From: Squalus acanthias
Taxonomy: Eukaryota
Reading direction: 5' to 3'
Assembly (NCBI GenBank): GCA_030390025.1
Contig: CM059432.1
Span: forward strand, 149,608,001 to 149,672,000
Length of the DNA stretch: 64,000 bases
Below, in pieces: positions 49,236 through 62,330 of this stretch. How positions within the stretch are numbered: the first letter of the stretch is position 1; every line of letters starts with the position of its first letter. The translations under genes and the position numbers were made by a program. The notes under the pieces are model-generated. The model saw only the letters and a list, made by a program, of their open reading frames with translations. It searched no databases and was not told the DNA's origin.

Positions 49236-50580
49236 CGGCCAACCCGCTCCGAGGAGGTGGGTCGCCCTCTTAAATGTGCCTCAGATTTAACTTTCCATTT
49301 TAAATTTAACTGGAGCTGGTCGGGTTTTGCAGGCCTCGTGAAACCCGCCAGCTAATGGAAGGCGCGGACTGCTGGATCCAGGAGGTGAGTGCCTTTACAC
49401 TTAGCTCCTGGATCCAGTGTCCCTCCCTGACCCACCCCCCGTGATCAGAGACTCCCCCCATGAGGCCTCCGTTCACCATCTCAGGCCTCCCCCCCCACCC
49501 CGCCATGCTCCTCTGTCCCCCGATCATGCTCCTTTGGCCCCTTCATGATCACCCGGGCCCCCCCCCCGCCACCCCCCGAACTCCTCCGGCCCTCTGATGC
49601 TCACCTGCAATCCCCCCCCGCCCCTTGCTCTTGCAGTCCTCGGATGCTCAGCTGCTCCAACTTGCTCCTCCGATCGGTCCCGACCCCCCTCCCCGTGCTC
49701 CTCGGCACCCCCCACCCGATCCCTTCCTCCCTCCTCTCTGCGGCCTAGTGCCGCAGGCCTCCCCGCCCGCAGCCAGCCCCTCAGCCTCTCAATCTGGGTG
49801 GCTGCGGGTGGGAAACGGAGGATTCCAATGGAAATCAGGCCCTGCCGTTAAATTCGGCCGGGCCTGAGGGAAACCCATTCTCCCAGGTTTCCCGACCACT
49901 TCCGAGCTCCCCTCCCCCCGCTCCCAACCCACCTCCCAATTAAAATTCAGGCTTTTGGATCCTGAACTTTATATGGGGGTGGGAACATGGAAGATAGAAT
50001 TCAGTCTTCACTTTTCACCGACAGTTTAGATGTAATCCAAGTGCTGCTCCCTCTCTTCACACCGAATGTGTTAAATGACTGTGACGCACACAGAAGCACG
50101 AGCAGGAGCAGCGCTCGATGTCAAAGAGCTTTGTGCTACGTGAAGACTTGTTGTAGCATTTTTACCTGGTGAAGTATAACAAAAGGACTGATTCCCCGAC
50201 TGGACACTCCCCACTCACAGGGAATCGCGGACACTCAACAACTGATACGAGGGGCTGCACGCACGCGATTTCTCCCAAAGTGCTGCATTGAGATTGTCGA
50301 AATGGGGAAATCAACCTTGAAAGTTCTGCTTTTTTGGACACAGGGCCAATTTTCTGAGTGCATGTTGCCAGCATGGATCATTTCCCACCAGGTCTGAATA
50401 TTGGGAAATTGTGGCCGTGCCCCCCACCCCCGACAATTTTCCATCTGCCATTCCCTGCTGTGCTCTCCAGCTGCGCGAGGCTCTCAGTCGGCAGCCTGCA
50501 TTCTGAAAATCTCACTTCAGGGGGAAACCCACGATATGACTGAAGATCCCAGAATTTGGGGAAGGTTTCTGGAAATGAAT

Positions 50581-50674
50581 GGGCGAGATTTTCCTCGGAG
50601 CTGCTCCCGTTCCGTTGCTGTAACCTCGTCGGAAGTGCGGCTGAGTGGGAGCAGCTCCGAGGAAATTCCTGACC
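50581..50674. mobile_element. Tiny palindromic Harbinger-type MITE
   Basis: ttcctcggagctgctccc ... gggagcagctccgaggaa inverted arms; flanks aat/tat. Confidence 0.7.
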
Positions 50675-50894
50675 TATGCTTTTCAGATGTCTTCCTGGTC
50701 CAGGTACTAGTGACGTCTCTCTCAGGGTAAAAGTTCCCACTGGCGAATTTCACAAGCAAGCTCTTGGCTTGTACTGCGCGAGACGTCAGGAACACTTTGA
50801 ACAACACAGCCAAATCAAAGTGCAGCATCATATTTAATTAAACCTATTTCTTATTACGGTGTGTCCCCTTAACTTTCTAGATGTGCTTTTCTAA

Positions 50895-51270
50895 GTCTTG
50901 GCTCAGTGGGCAGCACTCTAGCATCTGAGTCAGAAGGTTGTGGGTTCAAGTCCCACTCCAGAGACTTGTGCACCTAATCTAAACTGACACGTCTGACACT
51001 CCAGTGCAGTACTGAAGGAGTGCTGCACTGTCTGAAGTGCCGTCTTTCGAATGAGACGTTAAACTGAGGCCCCATTAGCTCTCTCAGGTGGGCATAAAAG
51101 ATCCCATGGCACTATTCGAAGAAGAGCAAGGGAGTTCTCCCCGGTGTCCTGGCCAATATTTATCCCTCAACCAACATCACTAAAAAACAGATTATCTGAT
51201 CAATATCTCACTGCTGTTTGTGGGAGCTTTCTGTGCGCAAAGTGGCTGCAAGTTCGTTCTTTCTTTCTTT
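50895..51270 (+). mobile_element. DeuSINE, 3' part shortened
   Basis: Head ttggctcagtgggcagcac... and Deu domain, then (ttct)n. Confidence 0.85.
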
Positions 51271-51718
51271 CTTTGTACCCTGGTGCCATGTCCAAGCACC
51301 AGCTGAGGGCTGGTTAACGAGAGGTGGTTGGCCTTTGGTCTGGTACGAAAGGCTTTGGAGACTGAGGTGGACCCCATCTCCTGATAGCTGTGTCTGGGGA
51401 AAGACCCACTGTGGGCTGCATCTCTTGTTTGACTGCCTGCTTGGCCTGCCCCCTGTTTCTTACATGCTCTTCCAGCAGGTCACCTAGGTGCTAAACCGGA
51501 GACCTGGCATACGCCGCTATCTTGAGAAACAACAGTATTACGTCAGTCAATTCTAGTCGTGCCGTTGATAATGGGCCAAGGTTCAGGGTGACCAATGACC
51601 AGCAGGATGGCTGGTCTAATGGTTTTCACTAGATCCTGAAAGCCCTGAGAGAGTGTCTAAAGGCTGGAATTCAGAGCTCTTTCAAGCCTGTACCCCAGGG
51701 CCTCTAGGGTTGTAGTAT

Positions 51719-52127
51719 CTGGTTCAGCTGTAACATTTTTACTTCTGAGTCAGGTGGCACAGGTTCAAACCCCAATCCAGAGACAGAATCTAGGCTGACA
51801 CTTCAACGTAGTACTGAGAGCGCGTTGCGCTGTTGGAGATGCTGTCTTGGATGAGACGCTAAACCGAGGTTCAGTCTGCCCTCTCAGGTAGATGTAAAAG
51901 ACTCATGGTACTATCAGAAGAGGAGAGTTCTCCTCGTGTCCTAGCCAATATTCATCCCTTAGCCAACACCACTAAAACAGATTCTCTAGTCATTTATCTC
52001 ATTGCTGTTTGTGGGACCTTACTGTTTGCAAATTAGCTGCTGCATTTGCCTACAGGACGACAGTGACTGCACTTCAAAAGTACTTCATAGGATGTGGAAA
52101 GCAATAAATACAAGTTCTTTCTTCTTT
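51719..52127 (+). mobile_element. Degenerate DeuSINE
   Basis: Diverged match to the SINE family including tail. Confidence 0.75.
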
Positions 52128-52139
52128 CCGATGAGAACG

Positions 52140-54813
52140 AGGCACCAACCAGTCCTGGGATGTTGCTTTGGAAGGGGACAGTCGCAGAATGAAAGGAAGT
52201 TGCCACAATGATGTGAGGAAAAAACATCCCTGGTCTTGCGTAAAAATCCAACGGATCAAATCAAGACCCCGTTCATATGCCGCACCTCCCGGAGGAGTGA
52301 TCTCAATGCCTGCAAATAGGTGTGATGTTCATCAAGCATCCATCTTTTCATAGCAGGACCCATGGTATCCGAATCTGCAGCTTCCTCAGTCAATGGAAGG
52401 CATCGCTGCAACCTCCCTCTTGCTCAGTGAGTCATCCAGTGCAGTATTCTCAACCCCACAATCTAGAGTTCCCCCCAGCTCTACCCCAGATGAAAGTCTC
52501 TGAGCTGGTCTGTGGGGCAGATAAGTCATGTGATGATGGTGGTGTAATTGAGAGGGACGAAACACCAGAGATACAAGGAGCAGGACTGTCACCATCATTG
52601 TAATCACCATCAACACTTAAAGGACTTCTTCCCCCCTCCTCATCATCATTGTTCTCCTCCTCCTCCTCCTCATTATTCTCTTCCAGCCCCTCCTTTGCTG
52701 TGCAGGTCCTACAGAAGCAGATGAAATGAGATAAGAATTGGTGTACAGCACTCAGAGAGAGTGACACGATAGAGACAGGTCTGGTGTTTAATGGCAGCTT
52801 GACCTTTTAAAGTTCTGTAACAAGTGCAGGTACAGGTTAGCACCCACTCACCTGTAGCCGGTGCTGGCCCACAGACCTTGTCATCACTGTCTACCAAAGC
52901 CGCTTGCCTCTCCTGCAGCTTAGGTGTCTGCTCCTTGAGATGTCAGCTCCCTTTTGTCTGGGAATTCCCCCGCCAGTGGCCTACAGGGTAGATAAAGGGG
53001 AACCAGTGGATGTAGTATATTTGGATTTCCAAAAGGCATTCGATAAGGTGCTACATAAAAGGTTGTTATGCAAGATAAGAGCTCATGGATTGGAGGTAAT
53101 GTATTAGCATGGATAGAGGATTGGTTAATGGACAGAAAGCAGAGAGTTGGGATAAACGGGTCATTCTCAGATTGGCAGGCTTTAACTAGTGGGGTGCCGC
53201 AAGGATCAGTGTTGGGGCCTCAGCTATTTACAATCTATATTAATGACCTAGATGAAGGGACAGAGTGTAATGTATCCAAGTTTGCTGATGATACAAAGCT
53301 AGGTGGGACAGTAAGCTGTGAGGAGCACGCAAAAAGCCTGCAAAGGGATATAGACAGGTTAAGTGAGTGGGCAAAAAGGTGACAGATGGAATATAATATG
53401 GGGAAATGCGAGGTTATTTACTTTGGTAGGAAGAATAGGAAAACAGAATATTTTTTAAATGGTAACAAACTATTAAATGTTGGTGTTCAGAGAGATTTAA
53501 GTGTCCTCGTAAAGAAAACACAGAGCGTTAGCATGCAGGTACAGCAAGCAATTAGGAAGGCAAATGGCATGTTGGCCTTTATTACTAGTGGGTTAGAGTA
53601 CAAGAGGAAGGAAGTCTTGTGACAATTGTACAGGGCTCTGGTGAGACCACACCTGGAGTACTGGGCACAGTTTTGGTCTCCTTATCTAAGGAAGGATATA
53701 CTTGCCTTCGAGGCGGTGCAACAAAGGTTCACTAGACTAATCCCTGGGATGAGAGGATTGTACTATGAGGAGAGATTGAGCAGATTAGGCCTATGCTCTT
53801 TGGAATTTTGAAGAATGAGAGGAGATCTCATTGAAACATATAAGATTCTGAGGGGGATTGACAGGGTAGATGCTGAGAGATTGTTTCCCATGGCTGGAGA
53901 GTCTAGAACTGGGGGGCTTAGTCTCAGGATAAGGGGTTGTCCATTTAAGACAGAGACGAGGAGGAACTTCTTCACTCAGAGGGTTGTGAATCTTTGGAAA
54001 TCTCTGTCCCAAAAGACTGGATGCTCAGTCGTTGAGTATATTCAAGGTTGAGATAGATTTTTGGACTCTAGGGGAATCAAGGGATATGGGATCGGGCAGG
54101 AAAGTGATGTTGAGGTCGTAGATCAGCCATGATCTTATTGAATGGCGGAGCAAGCTGGAGGGGCCAAATGGCCGACTCCTGCTCCTAATTCTTATGTACC
54201 TTTCCCGAGCATTGTGTGCCAATTTCTCCCGGGACAATAAAAACAGCGAGAGATGAAGTTAAGAATCTGAAGGGATTCTTCCAGGTGGCAGCAGAGAGGA
54301 AGGACAATTGCTAGAAAGATGCTGTAATATCAGAAGCTGTAATATGAGAAGCTGGAGTTGTAAGAGGCAACATGTGGAAAAAGGTGTGCGAGGGGAGTTC
54401 CAAACACAGGCTCCAAGTGGAAGAGTTGGACAGTTTGAATAGGGTGCACTGTCAATGAAGATTTGTCGCTCCATTCAAGAACTGAGTGATTACTTGGGGT
54501 GGCTTACACGGTGCTAAATTGAAAAAGGACGGTCACCCTTCTCTTAACGCGTCTGCCTTCGTTGGGCAGGGCATTTTTTCCAGCACAGATCCACTGTCCT
54601 AGGGGTGGGAGGTGGAATTCAGTGCCAGTGCCACCTCCCTCCATATGGATCTGGCCACTGCCTTTTGGTGGCCTCTTTCCCAGTGAGACCAAGAGCTGGC
54701 CTCTATACATGATGGATCATATCCAGGAGGATCCTTCGGTTGGATCTGGAAAGTTGTGCCAGCCTCTCCCTGCCTCCACTTGCTCAAGGCCCAGTGTGTG
54801 AAGTTGATGCCAT
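52140..54813 (-). pseudogene. Harbinger-type Myb/SANT-like gene, three exons, disrupted
   Basis: Exon 1 (ATG 54813): ...GKRPPKAVARSIWREVALALNSTSHP.RTVDLCWKK. Exon 2: EKLAHNARER|..TGGGIP (split by CR1; donor gtgagt at 52851). Exon 3 (acidic, EENNEEEEEENNDDEEGG) follows the acceptor at ~52709. Frameshifts and stops present; 3' limit uncertain. Confidence 0.65.
52983..54197 (+). mobile_element. CR1 LINE RT/3' fragment inserted in the Myb/SANT exon
   Basis: [30 protein letters not shown]; several stops; 3' UTR. Confidence 0.93.
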
Positions 54814-54898
54814 GACGACGTCTTGAGAAACCACCAATGAATCCTGTGATCAGAAATCACTACAGTGACAAAAGTTGGAGGAGAAAACACACACCACT

Positions 54899-55127
54899 TG
54901 ACGTAAGAAAACTACTAGGCACTTGGTCTAAGCGTTAAACAAAGCTTTAATCAACTGTTTTTCAACATGGAGGTCTAGTTGTGTCCTTCACTAGTTCCTG
55001 TTCAAGAATGTCCTGAGCAAGCTGGGCCCATGCCCGAGTATTTATACTCTCCCTGGACAGCGCCACCAGCAGGCCACCCAGTATTATTTCATAAGTCATT
55101 TCCACATGAATGACAAGATTCATGTCA
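54899..55127 (-). mobile_element. Solo LTR (second copy)
   Basis: Reverse-complement homolog of 26991-27216; TGAC...GTCA; 5-bp TSD ccact (54894-54898, 55128-55132). Confidence 0.88.
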
Positions 55128-55363
55128 CCACTAACCTGCTGTCAACTTTTAATTTGCTGCAAGAGCAATCATTAGCATATTAATCATCCTTTTGTTCTGG
55201 ACCAATCTTCACATGTGTATGGCTTAAGAAACTGGGAAGTATATTCTCTGTAGCCTGCAGATGCTATGGGTTTGATATCGCAACTCTAGTATTTAAAGGG
55301 ACAATCCAAACATGCAAGTTGAAGGAATTGGAGTTGGCTGTCAAGAGAACTGGAAGTGTCAGA

Positions 55364-58300
55364 ATGGAATCTAGACGGGCAAACCCGCTTCACTCAAGCC
55401 TCCCTGGATGCATTGCTGGGACTCTGAGGAGTAGGGAGAAATACTCTTCCCTATCAACAGGAGGAAAAAGCTTGCAGCTGAGACAAAGAAGGCATTGTTG
55501 GAGGTTGCGGAGGAGGTCAGCAGCAGGAGCGTGGCTTTCAGTGCAGAAAATGGTTTAATGACCTCAGCAGGTCAGGAAAGGTGAGGTTTGGGTTCTGCCA
55601 GGACCACTCGGCTCCAGACCTCATTACAGCCCTAGTTCAAACATGGACAAAAGAGCTGAATTCCAGAGGTGAGGTGAGAGTGACTGCCCTTGACATCAAG
55701 GCAGCATTTGACCGAGTGTGGCATCCAGGAGACCTAGTAAAATTGAAGTCAATGGGAATCAGGGGGAAAACTCTCCATGGCTGGAGTCATACCAAGCACA
55801 AAAGAAGACGGCTGTGATTGTTGGAGGTCAATCATCTCAGCCCCAGGACATCGCTGCAGGAATTCCTCAGGGCAGTGTTCTAGGCCCAACCATCTTCAGC
55901 TGCTTCATCAATGACCTTCCCTCCATCATAAGGTCAGAAATGGGGATGTTCGCTGATGATTGCACAGTGTTCAGTTCCATTCACAACTCCTCAGATAATG
56001 AAGCAGTCCATGCCCGCATGCAGCAACACTTGGACAACATTCAGGCCTGGGCAGGTAACATTTGAACCACACACGTGCCAGGCAATGATTATCTCCATTA
56101 AGAGAGAGTCTAACCACCTCCCATTGACATTCACTGGCATTACCATCGCCGAATCCCCCACCATCAACATCCTGGGGGCCACCATTGATCAGAAACTTAA
56201 CTGGACCAGCCACATAAATACTGTGGCAACAAGAGCAGGTCAGAGGCTGGGTATTCTACGGCGAGTGTCTCACCTCCTGACTCCCTAAAGCCTTTCCACC
56301 ATCTACAAGGCACAAGTCAGCAGTGTGAGGGAATACTCTCCACTTGCCTGCATGAGTGCAGCTTCAACAACACTCAAGAAGCTCGACACCATCCAGGACA
56401 AAGCAGCCCGCTTGTTTGGTACCCCATCCACCACCTTAAACATTCACTCCCTCCACCGCCGGCGTACCGTGGCTGCAGTGTGTACCATCTACAAGATGCA
56501 CTGCAGCAACTCGCCAAGGCTTCTTCGGCAGCACCTCCCAAACCCGCAACCTCTTCTACCTAGAAGGACAAGGGCAGCAGGTGCATGGGAACCCCACCAC
56601 CTCCAAGTTCCCCTCCAAGTCACACACCATCCTGACTTGGAAGTATATCGCCGTTCCTTCATCGTCGCTGGGTCAAAATCCTGGAACTCCCTCCCTAACA
56701 GCACTGTGGGAGTATCCTCACCACACGGACTGCAGCGGTTCAAGAAGGCGACTCGTCACCACCGTCTCAAGTGCAATTAGGGATGGGCAATAAATGCTGA
56801 CCTTGCCAACGATGCCCACATCCCATGAATGATGATGCTGTGCGCATCACCCCAGCCCCTCAATCTGCCTTGTCAAACCTACTCCATCACATCACTCCTC
56901 ACACCCACTTACTTTGCAGGCACACCCATCCTTCTCTTTCTATGCACTTCCTCACATCCCCATCTATCCATCCACCACTGCCACTCACCCTTATCCTTAT
57001 GCAATGTCATGTCTCTCCCTCATAGTCATCCTCACCAAATGCACTGCATTCAACGGGTGAACACCTGCCATTACACTCACTCATAGGTCTCTTCTTTCCC
57101 TCCTTGCAGCAGGAGAGCACAGAAGACCAGGGAGAGGGAAAGAACCAGAGGAAGCCCTCCGCAGATTACGTAGCTCACAGCTGTAGAGGAGGAGGCGCTG
57201 GAAATAAGTGGAGTTATGGCTGTTGGAGAAGGGGAGACAATGAGCTCCCAGCTACCTGCCGACACAATTAAATAAAAGCCGCCCACATGTCATATGGCAG
57301 TCATGTTGACTGTTTCAATAGCGAGTGAAATATAATCATCTTCATAATAATCAGTTGCAACATTCTTACCTTGCTAGTACTCATTCATGCCTTTTATCTC
57401 CGACATGGCCTTCACGTGTGCAGCAGGAGTCGGTGGATGTGGCGGGTGACGAGTTAGTTCTCAGAGGAGCCGAGTCCTTCTGAGGGTGCACTGTCACAGG
57501 ACTCATTCAGACCATGCACCAGCTCAGATACTCAGTGGGACTTGTTAGACAGATAGTTGGGTTTTTACCTGGTGACTCACACTTCACAAGTGAGCAAGAG
57601 CAGATGGTGGAGATAGGAAAGTAGTGGAGCGTGCGTGTCGGAGGGCGCAGCCCTCGCCAAACTCTGCTTAGCTGGACACAATGCTGTACCCCAGGGGCCA
57701 TCGATGAAGAGGAGAATCATTGAGCAGCAGAAGACAGTTTGTGATGCACAGACAGGCCTTCAAAGCAGACTCACCACGATTGCAGAGAGATTGGAGGAGC
57801 CCACCTCAAGCGTGAGGTGGGTGATGTCGCAGCCCATTGAGATGATGTCTACTTCCATGGATAGTGTGGCCAGCGCCACGGAACATCATACGCTCCAATC
57901 CAATGAGTCTATGCATGCGTTGAATGCCACCATGCAGACTCTGGATGCCAACATGACTGCCACCTTAAACAGGTTGACAGCGACGTTAGCCTTGACCTTA
58001 CAGGGCCGCACTGATCTGCAGCAGTGTTCTCCAGCAGAGTGGTAGCAGTGAAGTGCGGCTGGCCCATGAGAGGGATGATGGCGAATGAGGTCATGGAAGT
58101 GGGGACTCCACTCAAACGTTTCCACCTCACCCACAGCCCAGTTCTCAGTCAGTAGCCGACATGCTGCCTCGTGTCTCGATGGCCGCGTCTGCCCCAGCAC
58201 AGGGGCGGGTGGAGCAGTCTTTGGCCGGGTCCTCACGGGCTCCAAAACACAGAGGACATTGGCCATGAACATCTCAGCAGTCAGGGCAGGGATGTCAGCA

Positions 58301-58420
58301 GCCTGCCTCTACCTCTGCTGAACCCTCACAGGTTGCACCACGTAGGAGTATCAGAAAAAGGAAGAGTGCGGCTTTGTAGTTGCACAAGGGTATGCCCATG
58401 GGTGTCTGAGAAGTTTTTGG
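55364..58420 (+). pseudogene. Harbinger Myb/SANT-like gene, three exons, disrupted
   Basis: Exon 1 55364-55580: RFTQASLDALL...EILFP...KKALLEVAEEVSSRSV..QCRKWFNDLSRSGK|gtgag. Exon 2 ~57110-57260: RERERTRGSPPQIT*LTAVEEEALEI. Coiled-coil-like exon 3 at ~57410-58420. Confidence 0.72.
55586..56830 (+). mobile_element. Non-LTR retrotransposon RT/3' end (not the dominant CR1 type) in the Myb/SANT intron
   Basis: [28 protein letters not shown], 3' end ggatgggcaataaatgctg...cccacatcccatgaatga. Confidence 0.88.
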
Positions 58421-58667
58421 GGGTTTTTAGGTCACATAAATGTTATTTTTTTTCACCACTGTCCCGTCTTGTCCATTCTTGGGTGTTATGTGTTAAGTGG
58501 CCGTCTAACTTGTTTGGTGATGAATGTGAAGACATGAATTGATGGGGACCAATGGGGGATGTTCATGGGGTGGTTGATTGTTTGCAGGACTGCTTTGTGT
58601 CAGTGGCATTTGGAGGGGGAAGAGTAGCCGTTGCATTTTCTGGTGACATGGGTCCAACTGCTGCACC

Positions 58668-59800
58668 CTAAGTGAACCGTGCTTTAATAAGGGCATCCCT
58701 GGCAGCAATGTGAGCAGCTGGGGGGTGTGCATCGCCCTCATCACCCTCCTCCTCCCGCTCCGAATCATCCGAGGAGGATCTGAGCTTTTTGCTTTGTTCC
58801 TCCCGCTGGTTCCAGCCTCGCTGCTGCGCAATGTTGTGCAGAGCGCAGCACACCACGACCATTCTGGAGACCCTGGCTGGTGCCGACTGAAGCGCGCCTC
58901 CAAAACTGTCGAGGCAACTGAAGCGCATCTGGTGGTGATATGGCATTCACTGTAGCGCTGTTGGGCTTCAGGGTTGAAATTTCTGACGGGTGTCATGAGC
59001 CAAGATTGCAGGGGGTATCTATTGTCACCGAGCAGACTCCCCTTAAGTCTGCTTTCAGGGAGCTGGGACTGCTGCAGGACAAAAGCATCATTGCAGCTGC
59101 CCGGGAATCTTGCACACACCTGCATGAAGATCTTTTTGTGGTTGCACAGCAGGTGCACATTGATGGAGTGGAAGCCCTTGTGGTTGACAAATACTCCTGG
59201 TTGTTCTGGGGGTGCCCAGATGCCATGTGTGTGCAGTCGATGGTGCCCTGCACCTGTGGGAAGCCAGCCAGAGCCCCAAAGCTGAGCGCCCGCTCATTCT
59301 GACTGCCGTCATCGCAGGCAGGGCTGAGATAATTGCCGGCCCTGGCAAACAACCCATCAGTGACCGGTCTAATTTTTGTGGCCGACCGACTGGTCGCCGT
59401 TGGTCACCTCGCCGCTGGTCACCTCGCCGCTGGTCACCTCGCCGTTGGTCACCTCGCCGTTGGTCACCTCGCCGCTGGTCACCTCGCCGCTGGTCACCTC
59501 GCCGTTGGTCGCCTCGCCGCTGGTCACCTCGCCGCTGGTCGCCGTTGGTCGCCTCGCCGCTGGTCACCTCGCCGTTGGTCGCCTCGCCGCTGGTCACCTC
59601 GCCGCTGGTCGCCTCGCCGCTGGTCACCTCGCCGCTGGTCGCCTCGCCGCTGGTCGCCTCGCCGCTGGTCGCCTCGCCGCTGGTCACCTCGCCGCTGGTC
59701 GCCTCGCCGCTGGTCACCAGCTACAGTTCTGTGACCAACAGGCTGTGGTTGCTATTGTTGGTCATCTTGGTCCTCATCCGAGGTCCAATATTAGGCGGCA
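58668..59800 (-). pseudogene. PIF/Harbinger (HARBI1-like) DDE transposase, frameshifted; element right end at ~60284
   Basis: GFPQVQGTIDCTH, ARFPGSCNDAF, LLGDNRYPL, MVVVCCALHNIA; convergent with the Myb/SANT gene; terminal ttaaaattcagccc. Confidence 0.9.
59391..59718. repeat. 15-bp minisatellite (about 21 units) inside the transposase
   Basis: tggtc(a/g)cctcgccg(c/t) repeated. Confidence 0.95.
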
Positions 59801-60929
59801 GAAGCAGCACCCATCCTAACGTGATAGAGCAAACCTCCAAAGTGTTTTTAAAAAGTTACCTCCAAAGTGTAGAAAGTAACCTCGCAGCAAAAGTACGGCG
59901 CACAAACCCTTTCCCAATAACAGGTAATAAAGTAGCTGTGAGTACGGAGGACTTGTTGGCATATTTCCCCCAAGACTGATTCAGCCCCCTCAATTGCCGC
60001 TGTGCACTCACCTTGCTTTCACTGGCAAGTCTCAGGAATCTCGGAAAACCCGTGGACCCGATGTTAAACTCAAAAAAAAGTGTTGAAATATCACTCTAAT
60101 TCAGTGATGAACAATTGGCAAGCCGCCTCTCCAGAAAGGGTTACGCGCATGCAGCCCAACTCGCTCGAGTGAAAGACGGAAGTCGGTGGGCTGGAGTCGG
60201 CTACTTAACGCGCGGTCAATTTCACCGTTTATAAACCCCACCTGCAGCCAAACCCAGGCACTCCTGCAGGTTAAAATTCAGCCCAATATCTCGCAATTAC
60301 TGAATGACATTTCACTTCCAATATTTATTTCCCTGTCCTGGGAGAGTTATAACTCAACTCAATTTGCTTTTTGGTGTCAAGTTATAATTATGGATCCCAG
60401 GTGGAGTCACTCGAATTTTGATCTTGAGTAGAAGGAGAGGAACTGAAATGCACAAGACACTGACTGCATCTCGTCACCACGTGACACAGGCTGATTAGAA
60501 TGGACCTTTTGCTCAAAGGGGGATATGAAAAGCTCCCATTATTTTGCAGGCCGACTGACCTTGTGACACGAGACATTTTTCTTTTAGAATCATATTTGAT
60601 CCTCTTGCATGAAGCATCCATCATGTCCTGACAGATGCTGCTTATGTATCACAGAACACTGAAACCGTGGTAACAGTGGCGATATTAAAGCTGAAACCAG
60701 CTGCATGTCACAAGCCCATGATGTGTTCCACATAGTGGATTTCAGATAAATATTTATCATTTGTCAGGTTACACATTTGCTGTTATTAATATTGGGTTGA
60801 AAACTTGAAATGAGAACTACGTAGTTATTGACATGTATACTTCTAAAGGGATGTAATTACAGACCTGCTTAAAGTAGTCTTTTATTCAGATATTTAATTG
60901 TTTTTATTAAAAGAACCACCAATTTTGAA

Positions 60930-61477
60930 GATGAAGAAAACCATGACTCCTTGCATTTGACATTATCCAAAGGATGATTATCCAAGATGATCCTGCCATT
61001 GTAAAAGGATTTGGCCGCGGAAGGAGAGAGGCGTTGCTTAACCAAGCTGACCTGGGCAATCGTGGAATATGTGCAGTCAAGCCTGTGGCTCTGGAATTTT
61101 AGAACGTGGAAGTGGCAGCTGTAGCAGCAAAATGCTTGGAGTGGGAGGCTACAAAGGATTGTGTGAGAATTGAGGCGCTTAAAGCAGAAGCAAGTCAAAG
61201 AAACAGTAATGTCTTGGCAGATGGAGAGCCAAAGGAGGGAGAGTTGGGAGTTGGACAGGATGCTGGTGAAGGAATCAGCCCGAGCCTTGTCTAGGGGTGG
61301 AAGGAGAGAGTGGTGCGATTGGAGGCGAGCAGGGAGATATTGATGTCGATGGAACCAAGTAGAGTTGATCGATCTTGGGAGTGATCAAACCTCGGAGGAG
61401 GCGAGGCCTGCAGAATGGAGACATTGAAGGGGCAGCCAGGATGTGCAGGGTGAAGCGGCCTGTGGGCAGACACTGAG
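60930..61477 (-). mobile_element. Degenerate L2-like ORF2 fragment
   Basis: Minus-strand AAKSFYNGRIILDN-like linker text and pyrimidine-rich L2-style sequence. Confidence 0.4.
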
Positions 61478-62330
61478 GCCGGAGTTTTGCGGGCGCGATT
61501 GGTGGCGGGTCGGGGGGGAAAGTTTTTTTTTTGACAGCGGATCGGGAACCCACTGCCACACACCTTTCCCAATGCGGGTCTGTCAGCGCTGAGAAGACCC
61601 GACAAGCAACGACGGGGGACCTAATTAAAAGGGTTGTCAGATGCTTAACAGCCTTTTTTCACTTACCTTTTGTCTTTAACCTCATAACCATGGGATCCCC
61701 GCTGTGCACAGACCACGGCTGTCAAGCTGAGGCACGAGTTCAATGGCCATTGCTCCAGCTGATTACTTGACAGCTTCAAATGTACAGTAATAGTTCCCAC
61801 CTGACTGATCTTCACTTTCCTCAAGCAGAAGCATTTTCTCACTCCATTTCCAGCACACATTCTGCAGACTTTCCACTCTCACCTTATTGGAAGAACTCTG
61901 TCACCACTGACAGAATGCGTCTGTCATCTCTACTTCACCTGCCATCTATTCCATCAGCATGGGTGCCCTTTATACTCTCTCACCTTGGTCCTCTGAATCT
62001 GACCACGATCAGCCCCAACACCAGCAGCTCCAGGCACACCAGCAGCACCAACAGCAACACCAACCTTCTCCGCAATCACCTGATGCTGCACAGGACACAG
62101 GGCATCAGCACCCGAACACATTGCTGCCCAGGAGGCCAGCGATGGCCTCACCATGGCCAGATTTACTTCACTTGATGCTGTACACCCTGGCTGCCACATG
62201 ATGCGCCAGGTTGGCACCACCTCACACCAACACCATAAAGCATCCCTGCAATGCCAAGCCATTCCTTTCACAATATTCACCATTGCGGTAGCTTTTGCAG
62301 GTGGTTGTCAGATGGGTGCACTGGTGGAAC

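Larger units (their letters stand above)
48592..49952. mobile_element. Harbinger-type MITE containing two nested MITEs
   Basis: ggggaatttaacc ... attaaaattcagg termini, GC-rich interior. Confidence 0.55.

Noticed and set aside
50162..50374. Possible exon near 50165
   Set aside because: No STAC-like C1 or linker sequence; ambiguous splice signals.
26991..55127. One large LTR element bounded by the two LTR copies
   Set aside because: Opposite orientations and separate TSDs show two independent solo LTRs.
59088..59979. Long repetitive ORFs (RRWSP, GEATS, SPLVT)
   Set aside because: Artefacts of the stop-free 15-bp minisatellite.
60390..60627. Candidate upstream STAC exons (acceptor/donor-like sites at ~60627, ~60558, ~60451)
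   Set aside because: The frame needed to join the 42739 exon has a stop, and the peptides do not resemble STAC.
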